Below, in pieces: positions 27,570-40,692 of a stretch of 64,000 bases of DNA (the stretch's first letter is position 1; each line of letters opens with the position of its first letter). This DNA comes from Mytilus californianus (taxonomy: Eukaryota), in contig NW_026262701.1 of the NCBI RefSeq assembly GCF_021869535.1, positions 58,156,001 through 58,220,000 of the forward strand, given 5' to 3'. The notes under the pieces are model-generated. The model was not told the DNA's origin and made no database searches. It saw only the letters and a program-made list of their open reading frames with translations. The position numbers and the translations under genes were made by a program.

Positions 27570-30439
27570 TTGAGGCCAAAATATTTGAAAATCCAAAGCT
27601 TATTATATGTGTATAAAAGGTTCGATGTCTGCCATAACTATGCCACAAACTATTCAAATATGACGTCGTCAAGGAGACTTAAACACGTATTCGTGATTGA
27701 GTTAAGAAGTATCAACATTTATTGCATTTCAATAAAGGACGTAACGTACAGTAGCGATTCATAAATATCATGCTTACATTGACAGTTTTACATGCGAATA
27801 CTACTACATATACGGAAAATTCTTTCCCATTTTAACTCACTTTGATTAATATACCTCTCATTCCATGATCTTTCAAGTTAATTATCCCATTGATTTTATA
27901 ATTTTGTCTTACATCACACTTCCATAACTATCTTTCTGTACATAGTTCATATAGTACACATGACGAGGATTCAAAACGCACACGTTTCATTCTAATATAA
28001 ACAAAAACTTAGAGCTCTTACATTTGTTCATAAATCTTTGTTTTTTATTATCGAACTCATTGGCAATCGTACAATTAAATATATTCCTTTCAAGGTATTT
28101 TATTTCATGATCAACTGTTATTCGATTATGTAGGCATTTAATTTTGCATATTGTTGAATTTGAATAACACACAACATTGATTTAGATGGTAGTACCCTTG
28201 CACACATGGTTTCATTTATTGTTCAGTTCGAGTCTTGTTGTAATTAATAGCCGTTACGGTTGAAATTCCTTACTTTTAAAAGTTCAAAAAGTCATGAAAA
28301 ATTAGAATAATTGTTGTAAAAATTGATTTTAGCTGCCAGACTTATAATGCATTGGGCAAGACGCACCTTTCATCTACAAAAGACCGATCAGCGTCATTCA
28401 CATCAACACATTTGGAAGGCCAAATAAATAAGAACTGAAGTGCCTTGAACACTAAATAAGGAAATTGAATGTTGCCTTGAAAACTAAGAACGTCTTATTT
28501 ATAGAAAACGTTCTCAGTTTTCAAGAACACAACTGATTTAGTTTGTCGATATGTATTAATAATAGTATATAAACAAGTCTATATCAGTTGAAAAAGGAGA
28601 ATTTATAGGATTGCTAATGAGACAAATATTCACCAAGGACAAAATGACTGAGATGTGAACAACTACAGATCAGGGTAGGGCATTCAAGTATTCGCAGAAC
28701 CAATACTGTTCCACATATCAAAATAACATGTAAATAAGTGGACACATTTTTGTTACGCAAACTGAATTCGAAATGTTGGAAAATCGGGAATTGTTCTGCT
28801 AGTGATGTATTTGTGCAATTTTGTAGCAGTTATATACGTGTACTTAATATAAATCATAAAAAAGAAATTTGATTTTTACATAATTTATTTTTATCATATG
28901 AAGCACAAGTTCATCCAACAAGAAAAATTTATATAATATTGACATGTCATACACCGCAAGACTAGTCACAATAAAGCACGTATCAAACACTATGGACTTC
29001 CCGACTTTAGTAATTGAGTGCGAAGACCAGTGGATATATTTATCTCTTCTTTTTTTCTTCCTTTTTTCAAACTTCAAATATTTTATTGCACACAATTGTG
29101 AATAAAACGTAGAAGCTATACAACCCTGAAGTAAGTTTTCTACCCTGTATTGTTAATTGCTTGATAAACCAGGGCTTTAACTAGTAAAACAACCATTTCT
29201 CAATTAACCAGTGTGTTTAGAGCATATAGCTGCTCAAATAGTGACAGACAGGTGTTTAAAGTTTCACCTGCATTGATTGTATTATTGTCGTTTTTGGCCA
29301 GGTATATGGCCTGCAAGGGAGGTAGATATCAGCATAACGCTAGGTTTGAATATTCGAATGCATTTACAACATAGAGTCACATAACGATTTGAATTGTTAT
29401 AGATTTGCATTATAGGTATCGACTCATAATATCATGTGGGTTTATTTATTCTTGCATCGTAGGCATGCATTCACAAACCGTTATGAGTTGACTTAGGCAT
29501 GCATCAAATGCATGTTTGCAGGTATTGATTTGCATAGCAATATGAGTTGATATAAGCTTACATCGATATCGTACGCATGAACCCACATACAGTTCTAAAT
29601 TGACGTATTCATGCATTACATGAATTGACATATATTTTACTGGGAGGCATATACGAACAAGTTACAAATTCACCATCCTGGAGTTATACCATGCATCGTG
29701 ATCTGTCATAACATACACGAATAACATTGTAGGCATATGGCGTTACAGAGTCCCCGCTATCTGAAATTGTATCGTAGAAATTTATGATATGACCCATTTT
29801 CTACAATATGATGCTTATATAAAGTTGTACATTTTAATCTAGAATCTTGGTAATTATTTCAAAACTCTTTATATCTTCTTATTTGGTAACTGAATATTGG
29901 AATGTCATTTGCTCTGCGCTAATGCATAAAAAATGGTAACTGAAATCCCCTTTTTGAATTTACCTTCGACATGTTGGAGTTCGGTATTTTTGTTAAAACT
30001 TTTTATAAAGCAATTGTACCTTGTTTGAATGAGATTTCTGTCTTTTTGTTGCATTATCTTCATGTATAGTAATATATATATATATATATATATATAAAGA
30101 TGATATAATAAATCGCCAAAAATACGTTAAAGAGAGGCAAGTTAAAATTCTGTGATAAGTCGTAATCGAGAAAAAAGGGTTGCGGTTACAACACGTGGTA
30201 TGTCCCATTGCCATCTTAAACAGACGTTTCGTTGATTGTCCGCAGAATCACAATCGCATCCGTAATTCTCTCGAGGGAATATATTGAAAAACAGTGAAAA
30301 CTACACTTGCAATGATTTGAAGGGGAAAAGTAGGTCAAGGAATTCAGTTATCGTAACTTACAAATACGTATAGTCCCTTATATGGTTAGTATATTACCTG
30401 CACATATTTCAACCTAAATGATATTTATTTAAGATTACA

Positions 30440-33400
30440 AAGGTTTTCTCACCATGTGTATGTTATGAAATGTTTGTGCAGCTGTTTGTATTTCTAAATG
30501 CGTCATTTGTTGATTGAAATGGTTATATATTAGGAATTATTTTTGGTACACTAACTAACTATCTAAAAATCCAAGGATGGATGGCTCTCAATTTTAAGCG
30601 AACAACTATTAAGTTGTTTTCGAAATACAAATTTAGATAAAAAATGAAACTAAACTGAAAGTAAGAACCAATTGATTCTTTCTGTGCAGGGGATTTACCG
30701 ATTGTTGCTTAATATAACATTTAAGAGCAACTATTATACACTGTATACGTTGGTTATGTGTTAAATCATTTGACAGTTCAGCAAGCACACTAGTTTTTGG
30801 TCGCCATTAATAACAGATATTAGATAAATCATACTGCTACGAACAGGTAGAAAATATATTTAATTTGACAATACCCCAGCGGTGCCAATACTTAAAATAA
30901 AGCCCATATTATTAAAGAACAGATGCTATCATAAATGGTATTTTGAATTTAAGATTTTATATGATAATGAACGCGTCATTTGTTGATAAGAAGGATTTTA
31001 AGATATGTCTTGTTTTGGTATATCAATATACTATCTAGAAAATATAAAATGTGTGCCAATTGTCATTGTAAATGCACTCAAATGAAGAACGTTGTGCACG
31101 ACTTAAATTAGAAGAAAAAGTATTAGCAGAAGTAACGACCTCCAAAATAAATTAAGGGGGAGGTCAGTAAAACCTTACAAAATTAAACGCTCGGCTATAT
31201 CAACCAAAATCGACGAATGGAAAACAACTGTCATATTCCTTACTAGGTACAGGTATTTTCCGAAGAAAATGCGAGTTAAACCTAGTTTTATAGCTAGGTA
31301 TATCTCCCACTGTTCTGACAGTTGTTCATAGTTTCTTAACCTTGACAAAATTTAGTGAGCCATCCAAAAAGACATAATGTTTTAATGTCACAATCATTAC
31401 GATCTATCAAATTAAAGTGCGTAAACATACAAACTTGATATTAACTGATTGCTTGCGTATTTAGCTTATTTTGATACCATCAAATACAATTGTGTATGAT
31501 GACCATAATGTAATTGTTATGGTTAGTTTTATGTTAGTATCAGTGCAATGCAGAAGAACTTTTTATTCTTTTTTATATACTTTTCTTTTGTATTTTTGTA
31601 CTGGAACTTTTTATATTGCAAAAGCAACCGATGTAAGATACTCAAATTTGATAATGCAAAATGTATTCAATCTACAAATTTAGATGAAAGAAAAATAAAG
31701 CTGGACAGAAAGTAAAATAAATTAATTCTTTTGGTGCAGAGGATTAATTCATTGTTGCTTACCATTACATATAAGTGCAACTAATTTACATGAATTTATA
31801 TGCGCTTTTTATGTTAATTTTTGGACTATTCAGTAAGCACACACATGCATATGTTTTTTTTCTGTCAATTATAATTTGAACGAACATATAATGAAACGAC
31901 TTGTTAGATAGAGTTGTTTTTTGTCGTTATCAATAACCGATCGTATATATATCATACTGCTAACAGCAGGTGGGACATACTTTAATTTGAAATTACCTAA
32001 GCAGTGTAAAATTCTTAAAGTAACAGTCCATATTATCAAAGAACAGATGCTGTAATTAACAACATTTCAATTTCAATCTTCTGTATATTTCTAAACGCGT
32101 CATTTGTTCATTATAATAATGGAACATTAGAATATTTTTTTACACTAATTTATTATTTCAAAATCCAAGGATGCATGGCGCATTGTTTCGAGCAAACAAC
32201 CGTTTAAATTGTATTAAAAATAAATACTAGATAGAAAGTAAAACAAATTGATTCTTTATGTGCAAGGGATTGACCGATTGTTGCTTAACATAACGTCTAA
32301 GAGCAACAATTATACATTGCATATGGGGTTTATGTGTTAATTGTCTTGACAATTCACCATGCACATATATAAATAGAGTTTGTGTTTGTCATTAATTACC
32401 GATATTAGATAAATCTTACAGCCAAAAACAGGTGGAACATATGCTATAATTTGACAATACCCAGCGGTGTTAAATATTTAAAATGAAATTCCAAAGTATC
32501 AAAGAGCAGATGCTATAATTAACGGCATTTCAAATTTAATATTTTGTATATTAATGAACGCGTCATTTGTTGATAATAAGGACTTTGCAATATGACTTGT
32601 TTTGGTACACTTAATATATACTATCTTGATAATATGAAATTAGGGGTTTTCTTTCGTCATTGTTATGCACTTAGATAAAACATTTATAAATAAATTGGGA
32701 GCAAAATCAATTAAACTGGTTGTCTACATATTTAGGTAATTGTGTTACTCTCACAGAATTCTGTTTTTTTTTTTTTTTTTGGAATGATCGTAAAGTAGTG
32801 TTAAACGTTGAATATATTGTACTATATCAATGAAGTACAACTTTCTATCCGGCACTCGAAGAATTTTAACAAGTAGTATGAAATAAACGATAGACAATTT
32901 ATGTTTTTGTAGCTAAAAAACGAAATTAAACAATTTATTTAAACGTTTACATGAACTTTTTATTAAGTCAAACATTACAGATTTCATTATGCATGTTATG
33001 TGAATTTACCTTGCATTCAGTAAGTTCGAAAACTATATGATACTTTGTTTTCAAGTATTGATATATTTAAACCATTGTTTGGTAATTTATCATTTTACTT
33101 GTTATATAGAAGTGAGTACTTTTTTTTTGTCATGTTCCGTTTTCGTGCATATCAGGAGACGCTTACCCCGTCGATCTAATAAGCAGGCTTCGTTTGAAGT
33201 TCATGCGATTCCGTAAGTTTTTTCATCTTGATTATTAAATTAAAAATAAATTACAAGGTTTAAACATTAATTTACCACAGTTGTCTTTCAATATCGAAAT
33301 ACGAGTACGGGACAACAGCTAGTTAGCGATACATTGTATTTGTGGGTTATGTTTTGTTATTGTATACTTATATACTATTTTAAAATTATGAAATCTGTTT

Positions 33401-33700
33401 TATTTCGTCATTGTAATGCATTAAAATAAAGAACTTTATAAAAAACTTAGATGCAAAATAAATCTATTAACTGATTGTTTACGTATTGACGTTATTTTGT
33501 TACTCTCAAAGATGTTTTTTTGGTTTTTTTTTTTAATGACCACAGTGGAGTTTCGAGTGGAACATATATCGTATTGCAGCAGTGCAGTACAACTTTCTAT
33601 TCGAGAATTGACAAATTTTAAGTAATATTGAATTATCGATTGACAATTTCTGTTTTCAATGGTAAATAAAAATTTCTTAAGTCAAAAATGTAAAACAGGT
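30440..33700. repeat. Degenerate local tandem repeats (~460-bp period plus shorter duplications)
   Basis: CGTCATTTGTT recurs near 30500, 30974, 32099 and 32560; ACAGATGCT near 30920, 32044 and 32507; GATTGTTGCTT blocks recur likewise. Confidence 0.7.
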
Positions 33701-33964
33701 AATGTTGATGTACATCCGACGTTTCATTTTAGTAAAGAGTGAAAAACAGCTAAAAAATGCATCTATCGAAACAGTATCTGAATATTAATTTCTGGAGTAA
33801 AGGTATATCAATGATCGTCATTTTCATGATTAAGTTTGTTTTTTAATCAATGTAATCCATTTAATCCATGTAATCGAGGGATTGAGGTTCTTTTAGGGTT
33901 CTTTTTCATGTTTTATTTGTTCTGAAATATACAATAGTGTCACACAAACAATAATGTTTACCCA

Positions 33965-34831
33965 TTTTAGCTCACCTGGTCCGAATAGCCAGTGTGAGCT
34001 TTTTGTTATCACTTGGTGTCCGTCGTCTGTCATCGTCGTCCATCGTCGTCAATCGTCAGTTAATTTTTCCATAAAGCATCTGTTCTGAAACTACTTGGTC
34101 AAATTCAACGAGCATGGCCACAATTATCAATGGGGTATAAAGTTAAAAATGTGTCCGATGAACCCTTCTGCTGACAAACATAACAGACATGGCTACAAGT
34201 AGAATTGAGGGGTAAAAAGGCAATTTCTGTCTATTAATCTTGAAAACAACAATGAAAGATCTGACTGTGGCATAATTGTTCAGAATGAAGAGATCTACTT
34301 AATGTTTACTGAACTCAAAACTTTCAGATGACTTCTGATATGAGTAATTGCCCTTAAACGACGAATTTTTCCAATTTTTCCAATTGTTTCCTTTTTTCTC
34401 GAAATAATAATAGATAGAAACAAACAAACAAAAATACCAAAAGCGATCAAAAAGAAAAGATCTACAAATTAGTCAAATGACTTAAATCGTCACTTGACAC
34501 ATTATTGATGTGATTGCCCTTTATAGAAGATTTTCCCCATTTTTTTACATGTTTGCCTATTATCTTAAAAGTTATGATAGTTAGATAGAAACTTTAATAG
34601 CAAAAATGATTAGCAAGACAAGATCGACAAAAAAGCTAAATGGTCGAAATCTTTTGTCTTGGAGTTATTTCCTTTTATTGATATTGAAGATCTACAATAA
34701 TGTCAAATGACTGAAAGTGTCGGTTAACTTTTAATAGAGTTATTTACTTTTAATTATGATTTTTACTAAAAAGAAAAGGGCTATTGTTGAAGATACAGAT
34801 GAGCGACACATGATCTTTAGAGCCTCTATTT
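33965..34831 (+). mobile_element. HINE-like (Helentron-associated) non-autonomous element
   Basis: 5' TTTTAGCTCACCTG with a nearby inverted GTGAGCT, a (CGT)n-like microsatellite, 3' subTIR CAGATGAGC and a degenerate terminal hairpin before T-rich sequence. Confidence 0.7.
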
Positions 34832-35120
34832 ATATATTTATTAACAAACTAAATGAGAATATTGTGTCCATGTTTAGAATATTATGTGTCGTTGGTTTAT
34901 CCCTGTTCAAGTAAAGAGTTATACTGAACAAGTATTTTATTGTGTGTTTTAGTTTTTTAGATTTACGGTCTTAATTGGTAAAAGGAAAATATTGTGTAAA
35001 CGTAACACTGTTTTATTCCAACCCCATTTTGTTTTTGTACAAAACCAGTCATAGGAATCATGTGCTGAAGATTGCTGTAGTTTTATTTTAAACTGTTCAC
35101 TATATTTGCTGAATTCTGTA

Positions 35121-35715
35121 AAGGTAGATCATAGTTATATATTTCCTCAGATAGAATTTTTTTATACTTTGCTAAAATAAAGATTTGTCTATGCTTTTTC
35201 CAAACATATAATAAAAAGTATGGGTCACCGTGCTATTTTTCAAGCTACGGGTCGTACGAAATTGCACAAATTTGCTTAGATTGTTCATGAAAAAACACAT
35301 TTTTGTGCATAAAAAGAAATCTATGAGATAGAATTTTGAAATAAAATATGAGAAGATAGGTTTTATAATATGCTTTAAGAGAATAAAAAGAAAAAATGGT
35401 GTCACCGAACTTGTTTTCTTGCTACAAGTAAAACAATTAAAATTTCCCTATCAGTGCAGCATAATTTTTTTAATAAAGAGTTATCTCCCCTTAAATAGCC
35501 AAGTTGAAAAAATGATTCTAAAAACACAATTATTTGGTATATATTTAAACATTTTGAATAATGCAATAAATCACCAAGTTTTCTTTCATTAAAAAAACAG
35601 TCTAACCTATGAATTGCCTATCTGTCTCCAATTTTGCAGATTAGGGCAAAGATCTAGACCGATTGTGTACTGCGATTGTACAATCCAAGATGGCGGTATA
35701 CCATGAATCTACCTT
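35121..35715. mobile_element. MITE with short TIRs
   Basis: AAGGTAGAT.CAT at the left end and ATGAATCTACCTT at the right end, in TAA-type flanks. Confidence 0.5.
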
Positions 35716-36891
35716 AAACCTTTTATGTTTTATACTGGATCAATGTAATCTCAGCCTTCGAAAGACAGCTTGAAAGATTGAACTGGAATTTAGATATAAT
35801 AGAGAATGGAAACGAGGAATATGTCAACGAGACAACAACCCGTCCAAAGAGCAGAACACAGCCGTAAGATATCTGTAAGTTCATGTTACTGAAGGATTTA
35901 TTGATATTTGTTTTGGGTATTAATAATATTACATATCAAATCTTTTCACCGTCATTTTTAAATAATTTTCGTCGTAAAAGTTTAAATTGCATGTTTAAAC
36001 ACAAAAATTAAAGTAAAAGTATTAAATTGTAGCAGAAACAATATTTCAAAGCATCTATTTTAAAGATTGATCTCGACAATTGACAATATTAAAAATCAGA
36101 GTTTAGAAATAAAATGTACATCACAAAATGTAAATAATCGTCTCTTTAAAGCTTCTTTACATTTTTTTTTGCAAATCACTCCATACCTTGTATACCATTA
36201 TTAATTCAAAGGTGAATCTGAAATAAATAAAAATTCAAACAAAATAAGAAGAGCTCACTAATTGATGTGTATAACATGTCATCTATACTATTGGATTTGA
36301 ACTCAAGGATGCACATACACTGTATAAAATTTTCCTATCTTGACTTCACCTGGCATTGATTTAAAAACTTAACTGTTCTAACATTCGCGTTGAAGAAATG
36401 GAAATCATCTACTAAGCACCAAAATTATAAACTGTTATCTGTGTTTTCATATTCAACAGGAGTTTGTTAAAGAGCATTCACAACGTAAAAGGACTATTGC
36501 TAACAGTTGAAAGTGTAGAAATAAGCATAGTAAACCATTTAAACCTTCAAAGCGAAGTCTGTATCAAGAAATGAACGTCAACAACCCTATTTTACACCAA
36601 ACGTCCTCTGCATAATCGGATCAACATTTTGAATGCCATATGCTAAAGCTTTAAATTATATACAAATATGTCCTGAGATAGATCATTGAACGAAGAACCA
36701 ACTTACCATGAAGGGGTTAACTTCCTTTGTTATTAGGTTCATCATTATTTTGTATCAAGAAGCCAAAACTGTGAACTATTTTATCACAGACATACATCAC
36801 AACTGACCATAGAGTATTTAAACAAACATACAAATAAATCTAACAAAAATGCTAACAAACAAATTGTTGTAGTTGATAGTCAATTGTAAGA

Positions 36892-37151
36892 TATTGATTG
36901 ATTGATTGGTGTTTTACGCCAGTTTCAGCACTGTTGTGCTATTTAGTGCGGGTTAGTTTTTATTGTTGGAGGGAGTCAGAGTGCCATGCGAGAACCTTTG
37001 ACCTTCGGTAAGAAAACTGACAATCCTAGTCAATTAATATCTGAGTCGAGCGCACCTGCCACTAGCGTAATTCGAACTCGCAACCTCAGTGTTGACAGGC
37101 TAGTGATACAGTAGTGTGACTACTTAGACCACTCGGGCACCGATGCCCCTA
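36892..37151 (-). mobile_element. tRNA-derived SINE with 10-bp TSD
   Basis: Minus strand starts GGGGCATCGGTGCCCGAGTGGTCTAAG (A box), has GAGTTCGAATT (B box) and ends in (ATCA)n. AATTGTAAGA is duplicated at 36882-36891 and 37152-37161. Confidence 0.85.
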
Positions 37152-39054
37152 AATTGTAAGAGAGAGAATGGATACCACATATATCTTGAATTTACCTGAC
37201 AGTTGTTTTAAGTTTTATTTTACTGAAATTCACGATAAAGTAATTGAAATCATCTATTTAAATGATTGATACAATTTGTAAGGAGCATTGTTTTTTTTTA
37301 TAAGAAAAAGAAGTTTGATAGCTTATATGTGTTTCTCATTAAAACAATGAGGACAAGCTATTGATGGTGTGTTTGCATAAGCTGCAGCTCCAATTGCTAA
37401 TATTTGTTATGAAATATTGCAAAAAATAAAAGATAAAAAGTTCTAAAAACATATTACACCATAAATATTTTTTACTATTTGTTGTCTTGAAGGACCATGC
37501 CTTGGATTTGGATTTGAACTTAAATAGAGATAAATACTCTTTAATGAACCTGGCTTATAATTTGGTACACCGGACTGGTGTGTCGTATAAATAACAATCA
37601 TCAGTTGCTTTACCCATGTCAGGATCCTGTAATTGATTGGTTGTCATTTTTTGCTATAATATTTGTTTTTCGTACATTGATTTGTAAATAAAGTAAGCCA
37701 TTAGTTTTCTCGTTTTAAGTGTTTTACATTTGTTATTCGGGGCCTTTTATAGCTGATAATGCGGTATTGGTTTTATCATTGTTGAAGGCCGTACGGTAAC
37801 CTATAGTTGTTAACTTCTATGTCATTTGGTCTCTGGTGGAGAGATGTCTCATTGGCAATCAGACCACATCTTCTTATGTTGATATGCACTCATTTCGATA
37901 CAAAATCTTTTTACTTGCTGTGTATTTAAACTTCTTTGCAATTTTGTACTTTACACAAGTATTTTAAACACTGCTTTATAAGTATGCACTTTTTCAGTGG
38001 GTACGATTTTGGAACTATGGAAATATGACAATGACGTGTTTGTACAAGCAAAATAGTAACACCATTTCTAGAATGATATTATAATCCTAATTTCGTTATT
38101 TTTGATAAAATTCCATTAGGACTAATGATGTTATATTGTATTGTTATATTTCAGGCCGTGAGGTTTTTGTTTGAATTGTTCCACATTTTTCATGTTGACG
38201 CCATAGATATCCGATTACACTGTATGGGTTTTGTTTTATTGTTGAAGGTCGTATGACTGCTTATATCCACTTCATTTGAATTCTGGTGGATATTTGTCTA
38301 ATTGACAATCATACCACATCTCCTTATATTCATATTGTGTTTTATTTTCAATAGCAAATGTTTCGGTTTTAATTTATTTGATGCAAATATCTGTTGAGTA
38401 TTTCGGGATTTATTTGAGAACCACTACACTATTTCTGTTAACTTTTATCAAAACATAACCGAAGTTAGTTGACCCCTACATTAAAGGTTGATAGCACAGT
38501 CAACAATATAGTTGGTATATTTAGATAGAATTATAAAGCCTTAAACAGTTCGCAAATGGCATTTCTAATTAAATCCGATTATTTAGTGGAAGTTTGATTT
38601 GCAGCCAGTATGCTGAGGTAAATGTCTTCTTTTATCATGCACACAATAATAGACACGTTATTAGACAGAAATGCAAATGTATTTTACCAAGCTGCACTCT
38701 ATATGTAAACCAAATTTTGATAATGATTTATTCGTAGAAGATTGAACTCGATAAAAAAAAGATGCAACGTTGTTTGTTTGCGATTAACTTCGTGCTTTAC
38801 AAACTCCTTTTTAACTTGACATAATGTCATTGACCTGCCTTGAATAAATAAAAACAAAGCAAGCTGCATGTGAAATTAAAGTTCACTTACTTAACCTCCC
38901 ACAAGTTAATGCGATTGTCGAGCATATTTGACCGATTTCATATGCGCTTTCTTTCAACGCAATGTCATTGCACCTCAGCCTCAGAACTGGTCATATATAA
39001 TTCCAAATTCCAAAACATAGCCTGAACAATTTTAAATTTGATATAGTTGAAAGA

Positions 39055-39620
39055 TTCCAGAAGCACCGTGATATGAAGTATATATCGCCAAGTTGCTACG
39101 ATATTCTAGGGCACGTGATCCTATCAAATGTTCTTGATAAAGAATTATTGTTGATAATAAGTTTATTGCATCAATAGTTCCAAGTTGTAACGTTGAAATC
39201 ATCCCTTTGAATGTTTTACGGACACCATCATGGTATGGTTAATCGTTATGGAATACCTGTGTCATATTTGATATATACATACGGATATGTTCATCCTGTC
39301 GTTACCACAATCCCGTCCTCTTAGTCATGATTTTGACATTACCGAAAGCGACTTATTACCATACATTCTGTTTAAGCAACACGACGGTTGACACATGTGG
39401 TGCATGTACTGCTTACACTTTCGGGTCAACTGCGTTCAACCCTGGGTAAAGAGGGGGGGGGGGGGGGTTGCTTTTGCTAAGTCTTGAATATTCTGTGTAA
39501 ATGTTGTTATTGTGGTCTGTCCTTTTGTCCTTTTTATTTTTATGGTATTGTTGGGTTTTTTTTTTTGTTTTTTTTTACTTATGAATTTCAAGTGCTCCCT
39601 TGGGGTGCTCCCTCTCTTTA
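39055..39620 (+). mobile_element. Older 3' fragment of a related PLE (RT end plus tail)
   Basis: Alignable by eye with 43360-43790; includes a G run near 39453-39468. Confidence 0.65.
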
Positions 39621-39680
39621 TTTCCATAGAATTCATAAACAGTTAAAAGTTAAAAGAAAACAATGATGATCATTAAGTTA

Positions 39681-40692
39681 CAGATGGGTGCGGTCCTAAC
39701 CTGTACACAAGTTAACTTAAAGCAGTCCTTACGACTGCTCTATAGGTTAACTTGGGAAAATTTTAGAAGACCTGTAAGTTAACTTTATCCCTAGCAGACC
39801 AGACCTCATGTCTGCCTTTTTATGACTGCTGCAGACCAGACCTAAGGACAAGTTTGCTAGAGCAGACCTGTTCCCAGGACAGGTCAGCTCGACCAGACCA
39901 GACCTGTGGACAGGTCTGCTTGACTAGACCAGACCAGACCTGTAGACAGGTCTGCTTAACCAGACCAGACCTGTGGACAGGTCTGCTTGACCAGACCAGA
40001 CCAGTGGACAGGTCTGCTTGACCAGACCAGACCTGTGGACAGGTCTGCTCGACCAAACCAGACCTGTGAACAGGTCTGCTTGACCGGACCAGACCAGACC
40101 AGACCGGTGGACAAGTTTGGTATTAAACAGAGCAGTCCTGTCAGTCATGGGGACAGGTCTGCTTTTTAATCGGTCCTATGGGTATTCTTTACCACGTTGA
40201 TACAAACAATAAAAGCAGTCATGTTTACAAGTTAACTTTGGATCATGTTAATTTTATCTTGAAAACAGACCAGATCAAAGTTAACTTGGGACCAAGTTAA
40301 CTTTATCTTAGAGGAACAGACCAGAACAAAGTTACCTTTGGATCATGTTAACTTTATCATGGACCAAACCAAAGTTAACTTTTATAAGAACAGGTCTGGT
40401 TTTACTGTTGATAGCAGACCTGGTCATAAGTTAACTTGCATGTAGGACTGCTTGTGGCAAAGTTAACTTCGTCCAAAGTTAACTTCAATTCTGGACATGG
40501 ACCTGTCCTGAAGTTAACTTTTCGGGCAATCATTAAACAGTCCTAGGACCAAGTCTGCTTTTTAAGTTAACACAAATTCTGTCCTAGGACCGGTCACAGC
40601 AGTCATAAAACTGGTCCTAAGTTATCTTTAACCAGTCATAAAGTCTGTTTATAAAGTTAACTAGCTGTACAGGTTAGAACTGCACCCATCTG
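39681..40692. mobile_element. Foldback-like TIR element with TA flanks and internal hairpin satellite
   Basis: TA|CAGATGGGTGCGGTCCTAACCTGTACA ... TGTACAGGTTAGAACTGCACCCATCTG|TA. More than ten AAGTTAACTT-like palindromes and an internal 26-31-bp repeat. Confidence 0.85.

Noticed and set aside
39830-40110. Palindromic short repeats resembling a CRISPR array
   Set aside because: No unique spacers, no cas genes, eukaryotic context; it is a satellite inside a TIR element.
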